From: Raillietiella orientalis
Lineage: Eukaryota
Assembly (NCBI GenBank): GCA_036172245.1
Contig: JAYWIR010000012.1
Location: 4,340,001 to 4,404,000, forward strand
DNA length: 64,000 bases
Direction: 5' to 3'
Shown here: positions 1 through 12,285 of the stretch, piece after piece
How the letters are laid out: each line of letters begins with the position of its first letter
Numbering within the stretch: position 1 is the stretch's first letter
Translations under genes and position numbers: made by a program
The notes under the pieces: generated by a model
Told to the model about the DNA's origin: nothing
The model's database searches: none
Seen by the model: only the letters and a program-made list of their open reading frames with translations

Positions 1-2529
1 GGGGGGGGGAACGATGAAGGGAAGGAGCAGCTCTTCTGCAGCAGATAGATCGACCCCTCCCTTCCCCCCTCCCCTCCTGGAGAGGGGGCCCCCGAGAGGC
101 CCGCTGCTCCCCTGACCCGCGTCCCTCCGGGAGGAGCTTCCAGCTTTCGGTCCATGAATCAAGGGCCGTTCTCCCAGCGACCCTTTACCTAGCGCGAGAA
201 AGGGACTTCCGTGAGTCGTGCGGGGTGCAGGCGCCTTTTTCTTCCTCGACGCCACCTGTGGCTGCGGTGGCTCCCGGAGCTCCTACTGGAGAAGGGTTCT
301 CGTGTTTGCTCCCACCTTCTCTCGGTCCGGCCGCCTTCATCCCCCTCACTCCCCGCCCGCGGAGGGAGCGGGGAAGCGAGGGGAGAGGAAGGAGAGCACC
401 TGTGCCGCCTGTTCCGGGAGACTGCTACTGTGTTATCAATCCGGAGGGACGGGAGAACTGCGGAGGGCGCCGTCCCGCTGGGGCAGCTCTTCCCCCCATG
501 CACCGCTCCTTGCCCACCGTGCGGCAGGCAGTGTCGGGTTCATAAAGTCCGATGCCCTCGCCTCCTTGGGAGATGGGGGAAAGGAAGGGACACTCCAGGG
601 AAGAGTACCCTGCTTCCCAGGTGGATCTGAGGCGGGGAAAAATCCCCTGGGGGGAAGTTCGGGAGGGACGCAGGCCCTTTCCCTTCCCCCCCTTTCCGGT
701 GGCTGGATTTCGGCGCCTCTCCTCCCCCCCTGCCCTCTCTTGAGGGCTGCTCTTACACCGTCTTCTCGTCCTCTTCCTCCCGGGAGGGTGCGCGCGCACG
801 GGAGAGTGGAGGAAACGCGGCGAAAGGGAGACCAGGAGAGGTCCCGGACCCGTCCGCCGGTCCCTCCTCTTCCCGATTCCGAGCGCTTCGGGGTGGGCGG
901 GGTGGTGGGTGCGGAGCCGAGCGAGCTCGTCAGGAGGTCCAGCGGCTTGGCCCCGGGCCTCGCGCGGCGGCGATCCGCAGCGGCAGACCCATTCCTCAGG
1001 ACATCCCTCCGGGACGTTCAGGACGTCCCCTCATCCCGCTCATTATTATCCAGGCGGCTTCCCGATCGCTTCCAGGAATCCTCACCACTGGAGACGCAGC
1101 GGCAGCGCCTTCGCTCGGTCCTGAGCCGCGCGCCTTTTTGTCGCCCACGTGCTGGCTGCGGAGCCTCCTGTTTCCCGGGGCGACGGGGCGACTCTCCACG
1201 GAGAGCCGCCTCCAGCCGACCTGCATCACTTCTTCCTCCCCATCCTCATCTCATTCCTAGCCGGTGACGGGAGAGGCGGACGCGATGACCACTTCGGCAA
1301 GCGGTGGCCCCGTAGTCGTGGCAACGGCAGCATTCGATGAGGGCGGCATCGTGTCAGCGGAGGAAGGCGTGGCGGAAGAGCGGGGGGCGGCAAGTCCTCA
1401 CGCTTGCGCGCACCCGCGGCAGCGGCGCGTGGGGAGCGATGCCAGCGCTGCGTGGCCAATCGTGTGGCAGGTGCGGCCGTGGCGAAAGGGGAAAAGCGAC
1501 TGGGCGGTGGTCGTGCGAGTCGCACCAGCGATGGCCGTGACGGTGGCGAGTGGAGAGGGCGAGGACGGAGGCAGCTCGAGGCGGCGGCGGGAGCGCGCGA
1601 CTCCTAGCAACGGGCTGCCGCGGCCGTGCGCACCGCAAGCGCCGGCCGTGGATTGCCCCGGTCGCTCCGCCTGGCCGCGCCGTCCGAATGCGGCGGCGCC
1701 TCCGGGCGCTGGGAGAAGAGCGACCGCGCGCGCTGGCCGGGTCATCGTCGCCGGAGGAGGGCGCGCGAGCGACTCGCCGTCGTGTCACCGCGTCACGCCG
1801 GGCGTGCCGACGGACGAGCGGCCGCGAGCCCACCCACTCCCCCCAGTGGCGCCATGCGAGCCCGCCGCTCGCGCCTCCTGGAGAGAGGGGGACGCGCGCA
1901 AGAAGGGTGGGGACTCCCTTCTCCTTCTCCCCCCCACTTTTCGGTTCCCCATGCACGTCCCCTCCCTGGAAGTTAGAAGGCGGCGCAGGCGTAGGTGCCT
2001 TCCGTGCGCCCCCCACGGTCCATGGCGCCCCCACAGAGGTCTCCAGGAAGAAGGGGGGGTTCCTCGTGCCCTTGGAAAAGCCCGCCTTCCAGGCCGACCA
2101 AGGGGCTCCGCAGGAGGACGCGCAAAGCGGAAGCACCCCTTCCTTCCCCCGTCTCTTCGTCGGCGCAATCTTCCCAGAAGAAGGCGGGGGGGGGGAATCC
2201 GGGAAAAGGAGCGAATTCTCCTTGCGCTTGCCTGAGGGACGGCGCCGACTCCGCGAAAAAATAAAAGGGGAATCGGGATTTTCACCTCCCCTCCCCTCCC
2301 CTTTCCTCCCTGTTACCAGGAGCAGCAGCCCCAACGCCCGGGAAAAAAGGGGACGGGGACCTCTCCGGATTTCATCCGGGGCACAGGCGCTCTTGGGAGA
2401 GGCGGGAGTCGGCAGGACGCGGGCGTCTCCTTCCTCGCGCTGCTTCTGGAGGCTGCGAACGTTCCCGTCGAAAGCGCATTCCCCCTCCCTCCCCACACAC
2501 CCTGGTCCCGCCACCGCCGCATCTTTGAG

Positions 2530-5400
2530 GTGCCGCTGTTCCCGTCCTTCCTGCTCCTCAGTCGGGGTGAAGAGGCTCTGGGGTTCCCGTTCGGGACGCT
2601 GAGGGGAACCAGGACGCCGGGACGACCGAGACTCCCCAGTGACTGCAGTGCTGGGGTGTCCGAGGCCCAGTCACCAACCCGGGAGAGTCCGCTCCGACCA
2701 GAAGAGGCCTCTTCTGGTTGGAGCCTTGATGACCCTTCTGATGGCGTGCTGCGGACAGTCACTCTTTGCACCCTCCCAGGTCGCAATGCTCCCGTTCGGT
2801 CCTGGACCGAACGCTTGGCTTTCCGGCACACCCCCTCTTTCGTTCCTCCCGCAGATGAAAGAGCGCGCGTCGTTGCCAGGCCGTTTCGGAGAGGGGCGCA
2901 TCTCCCGTGGCCTCCCGTCTTCCAGCCGAAGAGAAGCCGTCCTACGCCGAGACGGCAGAGGCGAGCGCCACCCCCTCCTCCCCCTGGCCGAGCGGCACTC
3001 AGCGCCCCTGGAGACCCGCCCCCTCCCCACCTGGCGCTCCCTTGTTTGTGTTGGACAGCCACCTCCCGACGGGGAGGGAGCGATCACCAACGAAAACAAA
3101 ACAAAGGGTCCCTTCGCTTTCTCCCGGGAGGTTCGGTTTCTCTGAGGACTCCCCGCTCCCCGACAGTTGTTTGGATTGGCAGCGTTTCTTCCCGAAGCGG
3201 TGTGGTTTCGTCACCTCCCAGCCTCCCCACTTCTTCGTCCCTTCCTTCCCTCCTCCTGACGTCAGAGTCACCATCGTCCCATCGTCGCTCGACCGAGTAC
3301 GGTAGCGGACCACGTCCTCCCTTTCTCCTCCTCCCGTCCTCTCTTCTTCACCCCTTCTTCCCCCTCCTTTCTTTTTTCTCCCTCCTCCTCCTCCTCCACT
3401 CACTCGTGCATTCCCTTCTGCTGGAGCCACTGCCCTGGAAGACCGAGGAGACCCAAATTCTTCTCTTCCTGCAAAGAAAGTCCATCCTTCAGCCAGAGAT
3501 GAAGGAGGCGAGGAGGAAGGTGGATGGGAAGACGGAATAGCTCCGGATCTGCCCCAGAGTGGTGGCCTCAAGCAGAGCGAGGGATGGACGAACGAAGGAG
3601 AGCCGACGGGGAGTCCCAGTGGTACCTGGAAAAAGGGGTCCGGCGGGACTCGTTTCAACCAGGACTCCTCTGCACTCTTCCAATGATCTTCGTTTCTTCC
3701 ACCCCACTCCCTGCTCTCCAGGAGCGCAGGCCGTCCCTGTTCCACTACACGCCGGGTGGCAGAATCCATGCCGCAGGCGTTCCGAGCCAAGTGGTCCTTC
3801 ATATCATTCCCTTTCCCCCATACTCCCTCTTCGAGGAGTCCTTCCTTCCTCCCCTCTTCCTCCTCCATTCCTCTCCCCTTCCTTCGGAATCCCAAAGGAT
3901 CCGCTTGCCCCTCCCTCCGCGAGATTTGAATTTCTTTGCTGCTGCGATTCCCGCCGTTGCTAGGACGCCGTGAGTGAAGGTTTCTCTCCCCTACTTCCCT
4001 TTCCCCTTTCGCGGTCCCTGGTGAGCCACGATTTCAGAGAGCAGAACCGCAAGGAGAGCCGGCGGAAGCCGGGAAGCTTCGACTCCCGGACAAAGACGGG
4101 AACGGCCGATCCAGGAGATACCTGGAGGGAAATGATTGAAGCTCGCTCTGCTGAGTCATCCTTTCGCCCACCCCACCAAGAAAGGGACCTCCTTTTTCCA
4201 GGCTCTGATTCCCTCGCCCCAACTCTCCCACTCCAGAATAACGCCTCCTCCTCTTTCGTTCCTGCCGTTTTCACCCGTGGGGATCCGAGGGCGTGTGGCG
4301 ACAGAAGCCGCAGAAGGGAGAGGGAGGAAGGGGAAGCGGAGCAGCCCACTTCCGCCGCCCTTAGGCGGTGGCTCGGGGGCGAGGGACAGGCGAGCGGCAC
4401 AGAAGTGGGCAGCTTCCGCCCGCGGCTGGGCGCGCAGGCGCTCCGGAAGTCCTGCCGGATCGGACGCGGTTGGTGCCCTTCCGGGAAGAGGAGGCAATTC
4501 GCCGGGAGGCGAAGAAGGACTGCTGTCTCTCGTGAGCGCACACTTCGGGGCGCACCTGTTGCGCCCACGAAGGCCGGCGGCGGCACGCCCTGGGAACAGC
4601 ATCGCTAATTCGCGCGGCTGCCGCCGTTGCTGCGGCAACGGGCATCTCCCCCCCCCCCCCGTCGTCCGACTTCGGAGCTACAGCTCCAGGGCGTGCGAGG
4701 GACGGAGGTGGTGCTTGCTGGTCCCTCCTCTCGGGCGGGCGCCATCGGGCTGTGCGAGCGCAGGTGCGATGGTGCACGGAGGTCGCGCCCCGGTCTTCTC
4801 GGGTGCGCCTTCGGGAGAACCTCCCTGAAGGTCGCTCGTTTGGAACGGGAGGACTCGAGCGGCTGGAGAAGGGTCGAGGCAGAGGGGGAGAGGCCCTCCC
4901 CTTTCGTCCCAGGAAGGGGAAGAACGAGAGAAGCGTCGCATCGTTCCCGTACTCTTCCTTCTTCCACGGTCTACCACGGGACGCAGTCACCGAGGCAATG
5001 GGGTCTCGGCGCAGCATCCCTGAGGCTCGCGGAGTCTTCCCGAGAAATGAACTCGAGGAAAAAGAGATGACGATGCATTCCTCCCCCTCCCCTCATCGAC
5101 CCAGAAGCATGGCGCAGGTCAAGTTGGGACGAAGCATCCGCCGCCTCGCATCCAGGTCGCACCGTGACCGTTGCCATGGCGAAACTGTCCGAAGAGCGGT
5201 CCTCTCGCAGTGCTTCCGCGAAGGTTCCCTGACGTCCCTCCGGCCCGAATCCCGGCACTTAGAGGAGAGACAGGGAAGAGCCTCCTCTGCTGCCTCCTGC
5301 CACCTCTCCGGAAGGGATCGCCGGGACCCTCGATCCGAGGGAAGGCTTTAAAATCCTGCGGGAACGTTCCCGACGTAGCGGAGAATCCGACACCCCGGCC
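2530..5400 (+). mobile_element. Heavily decayed non-LTR retrotransposon (LINE) ORF2 remnant
   Basis: Colinear degenerate motifs: QNKGSLRFLPGGS (~3095, cf. QxGFxPGRS), EKGVRRDSFQPGLLCTLPM (~3628, cf. RGVRQGDPLSPLLF), RIHAAGVPSQVVL (YADD region), NCPKSG...RFPDVP (~5180, C-terminal Cys/His region). Boundaries approximate. Confidence 0.4.
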
Positions 5401-5539
5401 TCCCAGACGTGAAGCGACCCCAGGACGCGAATTCAGGAAGGAATGTGCAGCGGGAAGGGGTGGAGAGGGGGGGAGGGGAAGGGACACTGCAACGGAGGGC
5501 CGCTTCCCGTGGGCATGGCAGCGGATCAGTCGGTCGGCT

Positions 5540-5584
5540 GTGGATCTAGAAGGGTGGAGCAGGCTCCACCCTTCCTAGATCCAC
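5540..5584. repeat. Near-perfect hairpin, 20-bp stem with a 1-nt bulge
   Basis: gtggatctag-aagggtggag [cagg] ctccaccctt-c-ctagatccac, read directly. Confidence 0.9.
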
Positions 5585-8323
5585 CCTTGGGGTGAGCAGG
5601 AGAAGAGGTTTATCTTCACTCACTTTTTAGAGCCCGGAAATCAGGCGCCACAGGGCACAACCTCCCCCTTCCCCTCTCTTCTTTACGGTGGTACCGGCCA
5701 TGCCGTCAGCGTCGGTGCGCCGTGGATTCCTGACGTCGCTGGACGCTTTCGCCATTCCGGACGGAGCGAACAGTGGCCGGTGACTAGGTTGCCGAGGCAA
5801 CGGAGGAGCATCCGCCGCCGAAACGAACGAACCGTGGTGCAGCGCGGCACCGCATCCCATCGCGCGGATCTGCCCCTTCCCTCGTTTTGCCGCTAACGCG
5901 GCCCGGAGATCGGGAGAACACCCCTAGCGATGCGAGGATTCCGAGCCTCCGCTGCCTGCCTGTCAGACTCCTCTCCCTGGACCTAATCCCCACTGACGGC
6001 TCGCTCCCTTCCCTCGCTTCCTGGTTGAGGCAGGGAGGAGGGAAAGGACGGGGAAGCTCCTTCGCGCGAAAAGCGTCGTAGCCATCGTCGTCGCTACGGC
6101 AACGGCGGAGGTGGCGTGCGCGCGCTATTTTGGGCGCGCGAGTTTCAGCCATCTCAGAGGCGACTTCTCCCTGATCGTCATGCCAAGCTGCGCCGCAGGG
6201 CTTCCTCCGGACGCCTCCATCGCCGTCTCCGCACGAGCTCTCGGCGTGCTGCTGTGCGCGCTCCGCAGCGGAGAGGCCGAGAAGCGCGCGGAAGGGGAGA
6301 AGGGGGGAGTGGGCGCGGCCAAGCTCCGCGCGCCTTCTCGGCCTAGCTGCGCCCCTCCTCGGCTGTGTCGAGGGCACACTGACCGGAAGAAATCCGCCTT
6401 TTCTGCAGTGTTTCCAGATCTCCTGCTAGCGCGAACGATCTGCGCTCGGGCTCTCCACGCCGCCACGCCACCACGCCAATGTCCGTGAGTCGGTACCTCC
6501 TCCTCCTCCTCCCTTCCTTCCTTCATTCCTTCCTTCTCCTCTTCCCCCTCCCCCATGGTTTCAGTCGAACCGTGGACGACATAATACCGGGCCGACACAC
6601 GCGAGTCACTTCGATTCGGCCCTCGTCCTCCTTTGGCCAACCCCCGGCGCGTGGGCACGTCCGCTTCACGCCTCCAAACGGCAGTCGGAGCTTCGCCATT
6701 TTCCTCGCCCCTTTCTGTGCCTTCGGCGTTGCGGCCCCTGGAGACTCGCCGCACGAGCCTCGGCTGTTCACCGGAGGTGATCCCCATGGCGCCCACCCCT
6801 AGTAGCTCGCTTCCGGCCGTCGCGTCACTGCGCTCCCTTGGTTGGCGCTCTGCGAGGGGACTTTGCGGCCGGTTGCTGCCCGCTTCGCCGTCACGAGCTC
6901 GCTCTCTTCCTGAGGAAGGGAAGGCCTGCGCCCTCGTGCGCCGCGAAGGCCGGAAGGGGAGAGGGGGAGTGACGAAGGGGAAGGGGATGAAGGAGGGAAG
7001 AAACTGCCGCGCGCACTCGGAGGCGGCCGATGATGCTGGAACCGGACTCCGCCCTGCCAATCCCTCCGGGCATCGTGCGGTCCGGACGAACGAGCGGCGG
7101 GATGGGAACCTTGCCTCCTCCCCCTTCACCCTCCGGAAGGCAAGGGGGGCTCCCTCTCTTGGCTTTCCTCGTGAGGTCACCTCCGTGTTGGCAGTTGTGA
7201 GGGGAATCCTCTGGTGGGGAGGGAAATGGGGCAGGAGCGTGGGGTTTCAGGACGGGTGACTGGAGGAGGGAACCCCGCACCCCTCCTGCCCCAGCACCCC
7301 TCCTGGAGTACCAGCCTGCTTCATGCTCTGGATGACCTCTCCTGGGTTCCCGGTCCTCCAAGGAGGTTCGCGGTTTCCGCGGGGGTCCACGTGATGGCGC
7401 GGATGCTCAGGGGAAGCCACCTCTCCCGTGCCCCCGTTCCGCTGGACGGCAGTCGCGCTGGGGGGGAGCGGCACAGGCCACCGCCGGGTGCGCTCCCCGA
7501 AATTCCCGTTCTCGAATTCCGGAGGGGAAGGTGGAAAAAAGGGAGGGGGGGAAGGGAAAACGAGAGCGACGGCGCGGGAAGACCTGCCGCGGCAGGGGGA
7601 ATAGAGAATTTTCCTTTTTCTTTGCCTTTCCAAGGAGGGGGAGTGAGAGCAGCGAGGGTTCTTCCCACCTCCGAGAGTCCCCGGGATCTCACACTCCCTG
7701 GCCACCTGCACTGGAGGCAGGAAGGGCCCCCGGGTCCCGCCGGAAAGGCAGCCAGCCACTCCTTTGGCCCGGAAAGAGCGCCTCGCCTCTCCGCCGAGGC
7801 CCTCCTCCCGCCCGGGACGCGGCTGGCCGCGCTGCAGGGGGGAGCGCCTGCTGCGCACTCCCGACGATCCTTCCCTCCCCCTTCCTCGGGGAGGCGCGAT
7901 CGCGAAAAAGGAGCGTTCCCGCGGGAGATCCTCGCTCCCTTGCACACGTTCCCTCCAGCGCGGGCTCCGCGAGGGCGAACCCAGGAGCCGGCGCGCTGCG
8001 GGGCGACCCCTGGAGGGCCGCTAGCCGGCGGTAAACGGGGCTTCCATCCTGAAGGAGCACTCCAGGGCTGCCGAACCGCCAGGAAGGCTACGCTGGGATT
8101 TCGCTGCTCCTGGGAAGCATGACCACCACGATGGCGGTGAAGAGGAAGACGGGGAGCAGGAAGGGAAGAAGGAAAAAGGGGAAGAAAGGAAGGAAGGGAG
8201 GAGGAGGAAGGGAGGAAGAAAAAAGGAGGAAGAGAGGAAAAGAAGGAAGGGAAAGAAGGAAGGGAGAAGAAGGAGGAGGAAGGGCGGAGGATTTCCTTTT
8301 CGTTCACTTTCGTCCCTCCCCCT

Positions 8324-9650
8324 CTCTGGGACAGTTCCGCCCGCGTCACTGGAGAGGGGTCGGAGGGCGGGAGCCTGGTGGCCTTTTCGGGATCCAGGGA
8401 TGAGCGAGGGGGAAACCATGAGTTTGCTCCCTTCCCACTCGTCCCCTCCCTCCCACCTGCAATGTGTTCGCCTCCACCCCACCTCACTCCCCCATGTTCG
8501 CTCTTGACTCCTGCACGGAACGGATCGGACGCAGGGTCAATCGCTGCTGAGTCCCGGGGACCTCCTCTGGAGGGTGGGACTTCGGATTGCAGTTGCTCCT
8601 CCTCCCCCCCTTTTATTTCTTCCCGGTTTTCCCACCTTGGAAGGGACCCCCAGGAGTTGTCCTGCTGCATCCAGATGTGCGGCGCTGGTCCCCTCGGGCT
8701 CTGGAGCGGGGGAGCGTGGCTGGCCGTTGGCATGACCTCCGGCCCATGAGGAGGTTGCTGCGGGGGGGAGACGGGGCTCCCACAGGATCATCCTGTCTCC
8801 ACACGCGCGTCCCCGGTCCCGCGGCTTCTCAGAAGTTGACGGAGGCCCCCTCTCTCCGGGATGTCTCCGGCAGAGTTCGTTCCGCGCTCCTCCTCCTCCC
8901 CCTTCCTTGCGCGCGCCGCCTCCCCCTTCGCCCTGCGCTTCCTTTCTTCTTGGCGGGAGCAGCCGGCCCCCCGCTGCCCTTCTCAGGCATCTCGGGGAAG
9001 GGCGGCGCGTCCTTCTCTCTTTTTTTAAGCCGGGACCGCCGGCCGGGTCCGCTTCCGGGGCGGCGCGCGCCCGGCGGCGGTCTATTTATAGCTCCTGACC
9101 TTAAAGCGGGGATCCCATAAATCCGTCCGAGGGGTCCTCTGGCCTCCTCCCCCGCCAACTCGGGGGCGTCAGCGTCTCCGCCGTCGCCAGCGCCGCTCCG
9201 CGGGGTAGCAGGAAAGGAGGAGGCGTCGGCGAGTCTCTCGACGTCCCGCCGTGCCCCCGGAGAGGCGGCGGGGCAGGGTCGGTGAGGAGGAGGAGGAGAT
9301 CACGGTTTCCCGCGCTTTTGCTGGAACGCCGCCCCGCCGGAGAGGCGGAGGAAGAGAATTTCCCTGTTTCCAAGCCGTCGCGAAACTCCCTCGGAGGGCC
9401 TTCGCTCCTCCGAGGGAGTTTCGCGACGACCGAGGAGGACCCCGAGGGCGGACCTGAGGGGATGGATGGTGGGGGAGGGGTGGGTGGATGCAAATGCATC
9501 GCAGGTGGGGTAGAGGGTCAGAGGGGGGGCGGCAGATGGTCGCTCGGCAACGCATCGCCTCCCCCTCGCTCATCCCCGGGCCCGGAAAAGGCCTCCAGAC
9601 TCCCGCCCTCCGACCCCTCTCCAGTGACGCGAGAGGAACCGCTCCAGCGA
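8324..9650. repeat. Inverted repeat pair (arms ~8324-8494 and ~9469-9650)
   Basis: 8342-8373 cgcgtcactggagaggggtcggagggcgggag is the exact reverse complement of 9600-9631; flanks align with mismatches and indels. Confidence 0.9.
9376..9428. repeat. Perfect hairpin, 22-bp stem, 9-nt loop
   Basis: cgtcgcgaaactccctcggagg [gccttcgct] cctccgagggagtttcgcgacg. Confidence 0.95.
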
Positions 9651-12039
9651 GGGGAGAGAGCCCGCGATCCCCGAGGAGGCTCTGGGAGGCTCCGCTTCCA
9701 GGTGCTCCGGAGAGCGATCCACTCCTCCCCGAGGACTCGGGCGCCGCCGACCCTCCATTGTCCAGGAGGGAAGCGAAGGGTAGTCCCCCTTTCTCTTCTC
9801 TCCGCGGGAGGGTGGGGGTGGGGTCGGGGAGGTTGCTCCTTCCCCTCCTCCGAGAGGTGGCGAGGAGAGGGAAAAGGGATGGGGGGTTCATCCCTGACCG
9901 CCCGCTTCATCGCCCTTTCTGGAGAGGCGGGTGGGCGGGAACTCAGCTCACGACTCCTGATCCGGCCGCTTCCACTGGGGCCGTGGGGGCGAGTCCTCCT
10001 TCCGGTGTGCTCTGCCCCGGGGACCACCAAAGGGACGCGGGACGGCGCCGACGGCAGCTAGCAGGCAGGAGAGACGGGGTAAGGTGGGGTGGGAGGGGGC
10101 GCAACGAAGGACGGGCGCGCGAGAGAGACGCGCCCGCGGGGAGGCGCTCGTGATCGATCGACTGACCTTCCGAAGACCGAAAAAAAAAAAGAAAAAAGTC
10201 CCACCGGGAATTGAGGTCAGAAGACAAAAAGGGCCGAAGGGCAAAAGAGCCGACGCACCAGACGTCTGGACCGGAAGCTCGTAACTCGGGGTTTCCCGCG
10301 CTCCCAGATGCTGGGCGTCTTTGACGGGTGGCGTGGAGAGGGAGGCGTGGAGAGGAGGCTGCGCCAGCCCCAAGAGCAGTTGCCGCCGCCGCCGCGTGCT
10401 TGGAGCGCGCGAGACGTCGCACAGTCGCGCGCGAACGGGGAGGGGGTGTCCTCCGCGGTCGACCACAGGGGAATAGGGTTGCCAAGGCAACAACAGAAAA
10501 AGGGGGGTGGGGGAAGGGGAGGGCAACCGGTGTCCGGAGACAGGAGGAGGGTTCCTTGGAAGCCGCATCCGGTGGCAGACCTGGATGATCGCCTCAGGCG
10601 GGAAGATCTCAAGGAAACCGTCGCCTTGGATTCTCTCCCTTCCTCTGCCTCCGTGCCACTTCCCTCCTCAGGGTCCCCCAGGCGCTGTCCCTAGCTCAGT
10701 GTAGTGAGTACGCGCGATCGAAACGTCGCTGCGCAAGAACCCCCTCCCGCATCGCTCTCGACTCGAGGAACCGCCGTTGCCCGAGTGACCGGAGAGTCCG
10801 GTCAGCAGCATTTTCAGGGGCTGGAGGCAAGAAGTAACTTCAAGGAGGATGAGGGAGAGGAGGAGGGGGAAGACGCGTTCACCTCCCCAGCAATGGGGGC
10901 GAGTGCTCACAAGACTCATCGGACGGAAAGGAGCGATTCCTTTCGACCGTCTCCATGACGACAGGCGTCGTGCACCTTTCTGCGCCACGCGCTCACCGAG
11001 CTCCACACCGCTCTTTCCTGACCCCTACCGACCCCTAAGGGGAGATCTGGGAGCGAAGGATACCGCTGCGGCACGGGATAGCTAAGAACGCCAGGGGGCG
11101 CCACCACCACCGTCATCGCGATGAGAGGAAGGGGTCCTCTTGCGCGGGGTATGTGGAGTCCTCCCCTCCCCTTTTTCCTTCCTCACCCTGGAAGGGCCCG
11201 CCAAGAGGCGCGGCAGAGGTCGACCTGCTGCCTCTTGACCCCGCCTCCTCACTTCGCTGAAAAACAAAGGGAAGCTGCGTGGGCGGATCCCGCGCGGCTC
11301 CAGCCCCGCCTCTTCCGGCGAAGGAGGAAGGGGGGGTAGCGGAGGGGAGTCCGCAGACGCCATCCCGCAGGAGGGGGGGGGGAGGAAGGCGAGACCGAAG
11401 AAACACGGAGGCGAGGCAGAGGGGAGGAACCGGGACTCCCGGATTCTCTCCTTCCTCCTGGACACTGGGGTGGGGGTGCAGGGAGAGGAAGAGGCTCCGC
11501 TGATGACGTGGGAGGAGATGGCACCGGGATAGGAGGCTTCTCTGCGCTGAAGGGTCCAGGAGGGAAGACCGACGCTGGAAAAAGGAGCACGGGGAGACCT
11601 CGTTGGATCCGAACGGGGTGGGTCCCTTTTCCCCCCCTCCTCGCCCTCTCCCTCTCCAAGACTTGGCGGCACTCTTCTCTCGCCCGGAAGATCTTTCCGG
11701 GAGCGGAACGGTGACGCTTTGCCAAGAAAAAGGCGCGAACGGGAGAGAGGGAGGCGTCTTCTTCCCGCGCCAGCAGGCGGCGGGAAGAGGGGAGAGCCGG
11801 GAGGGGGGAGTTGGCGGGCGAAGAGTCGTCTGACTCCAGCCTGCAGCCATTGCCGTTGCCGAGGCGCCGAAACGGGGAGAACGCCCGTGGTTCCCACCTT
11901 CTCCTCACAAGAGCTCATAAGGGGCGCCCCCGCCCGCCGTTCGGGGAGCTCCCGGAGGGAACGCCCGCGACACCTCCGGAGCGGGAGCAGGCGGAAAAGG
12001 GGGGTTGCGCGCTCCAGGGACGGTGGCAGCCCGCCTCTG

Positions 12040-12285
12040 CCCAAGGAGGAGAGGAGGCTCGGAGAGGGAAGAAAAGGAAAAAGTACGAGGAAGGGGAGGC
12101 AAACATGGGTTAGGTATTGTGGAAGAGGAAGGAAGGAGGACAGGAGGAGGAGGAGATGGAAGAAGTGGAAGAAGAAGAGGAGGAAGAGAAGAGGAAGAGG
12201 CAGAAGGGAGGAGGAGGGAGGGAGGGAGAAAGGAAGGAGGAAGGGAAGAGGGGAGGAGGAGGAAGGAAGGAAGAGGAAGTAGGAG
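12040..12285 (+). repeat. Polypurine (GGA/GAA-rich) low-complexity tract
   Basis: Nearly pure A/G run. Similar tracts at ~8140-8285, 13575-13680 and 16070-16170; polypyrimidine tracts at ~3315-3395, 6495-6555 and 14740-14905. Confidence 0.85.
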
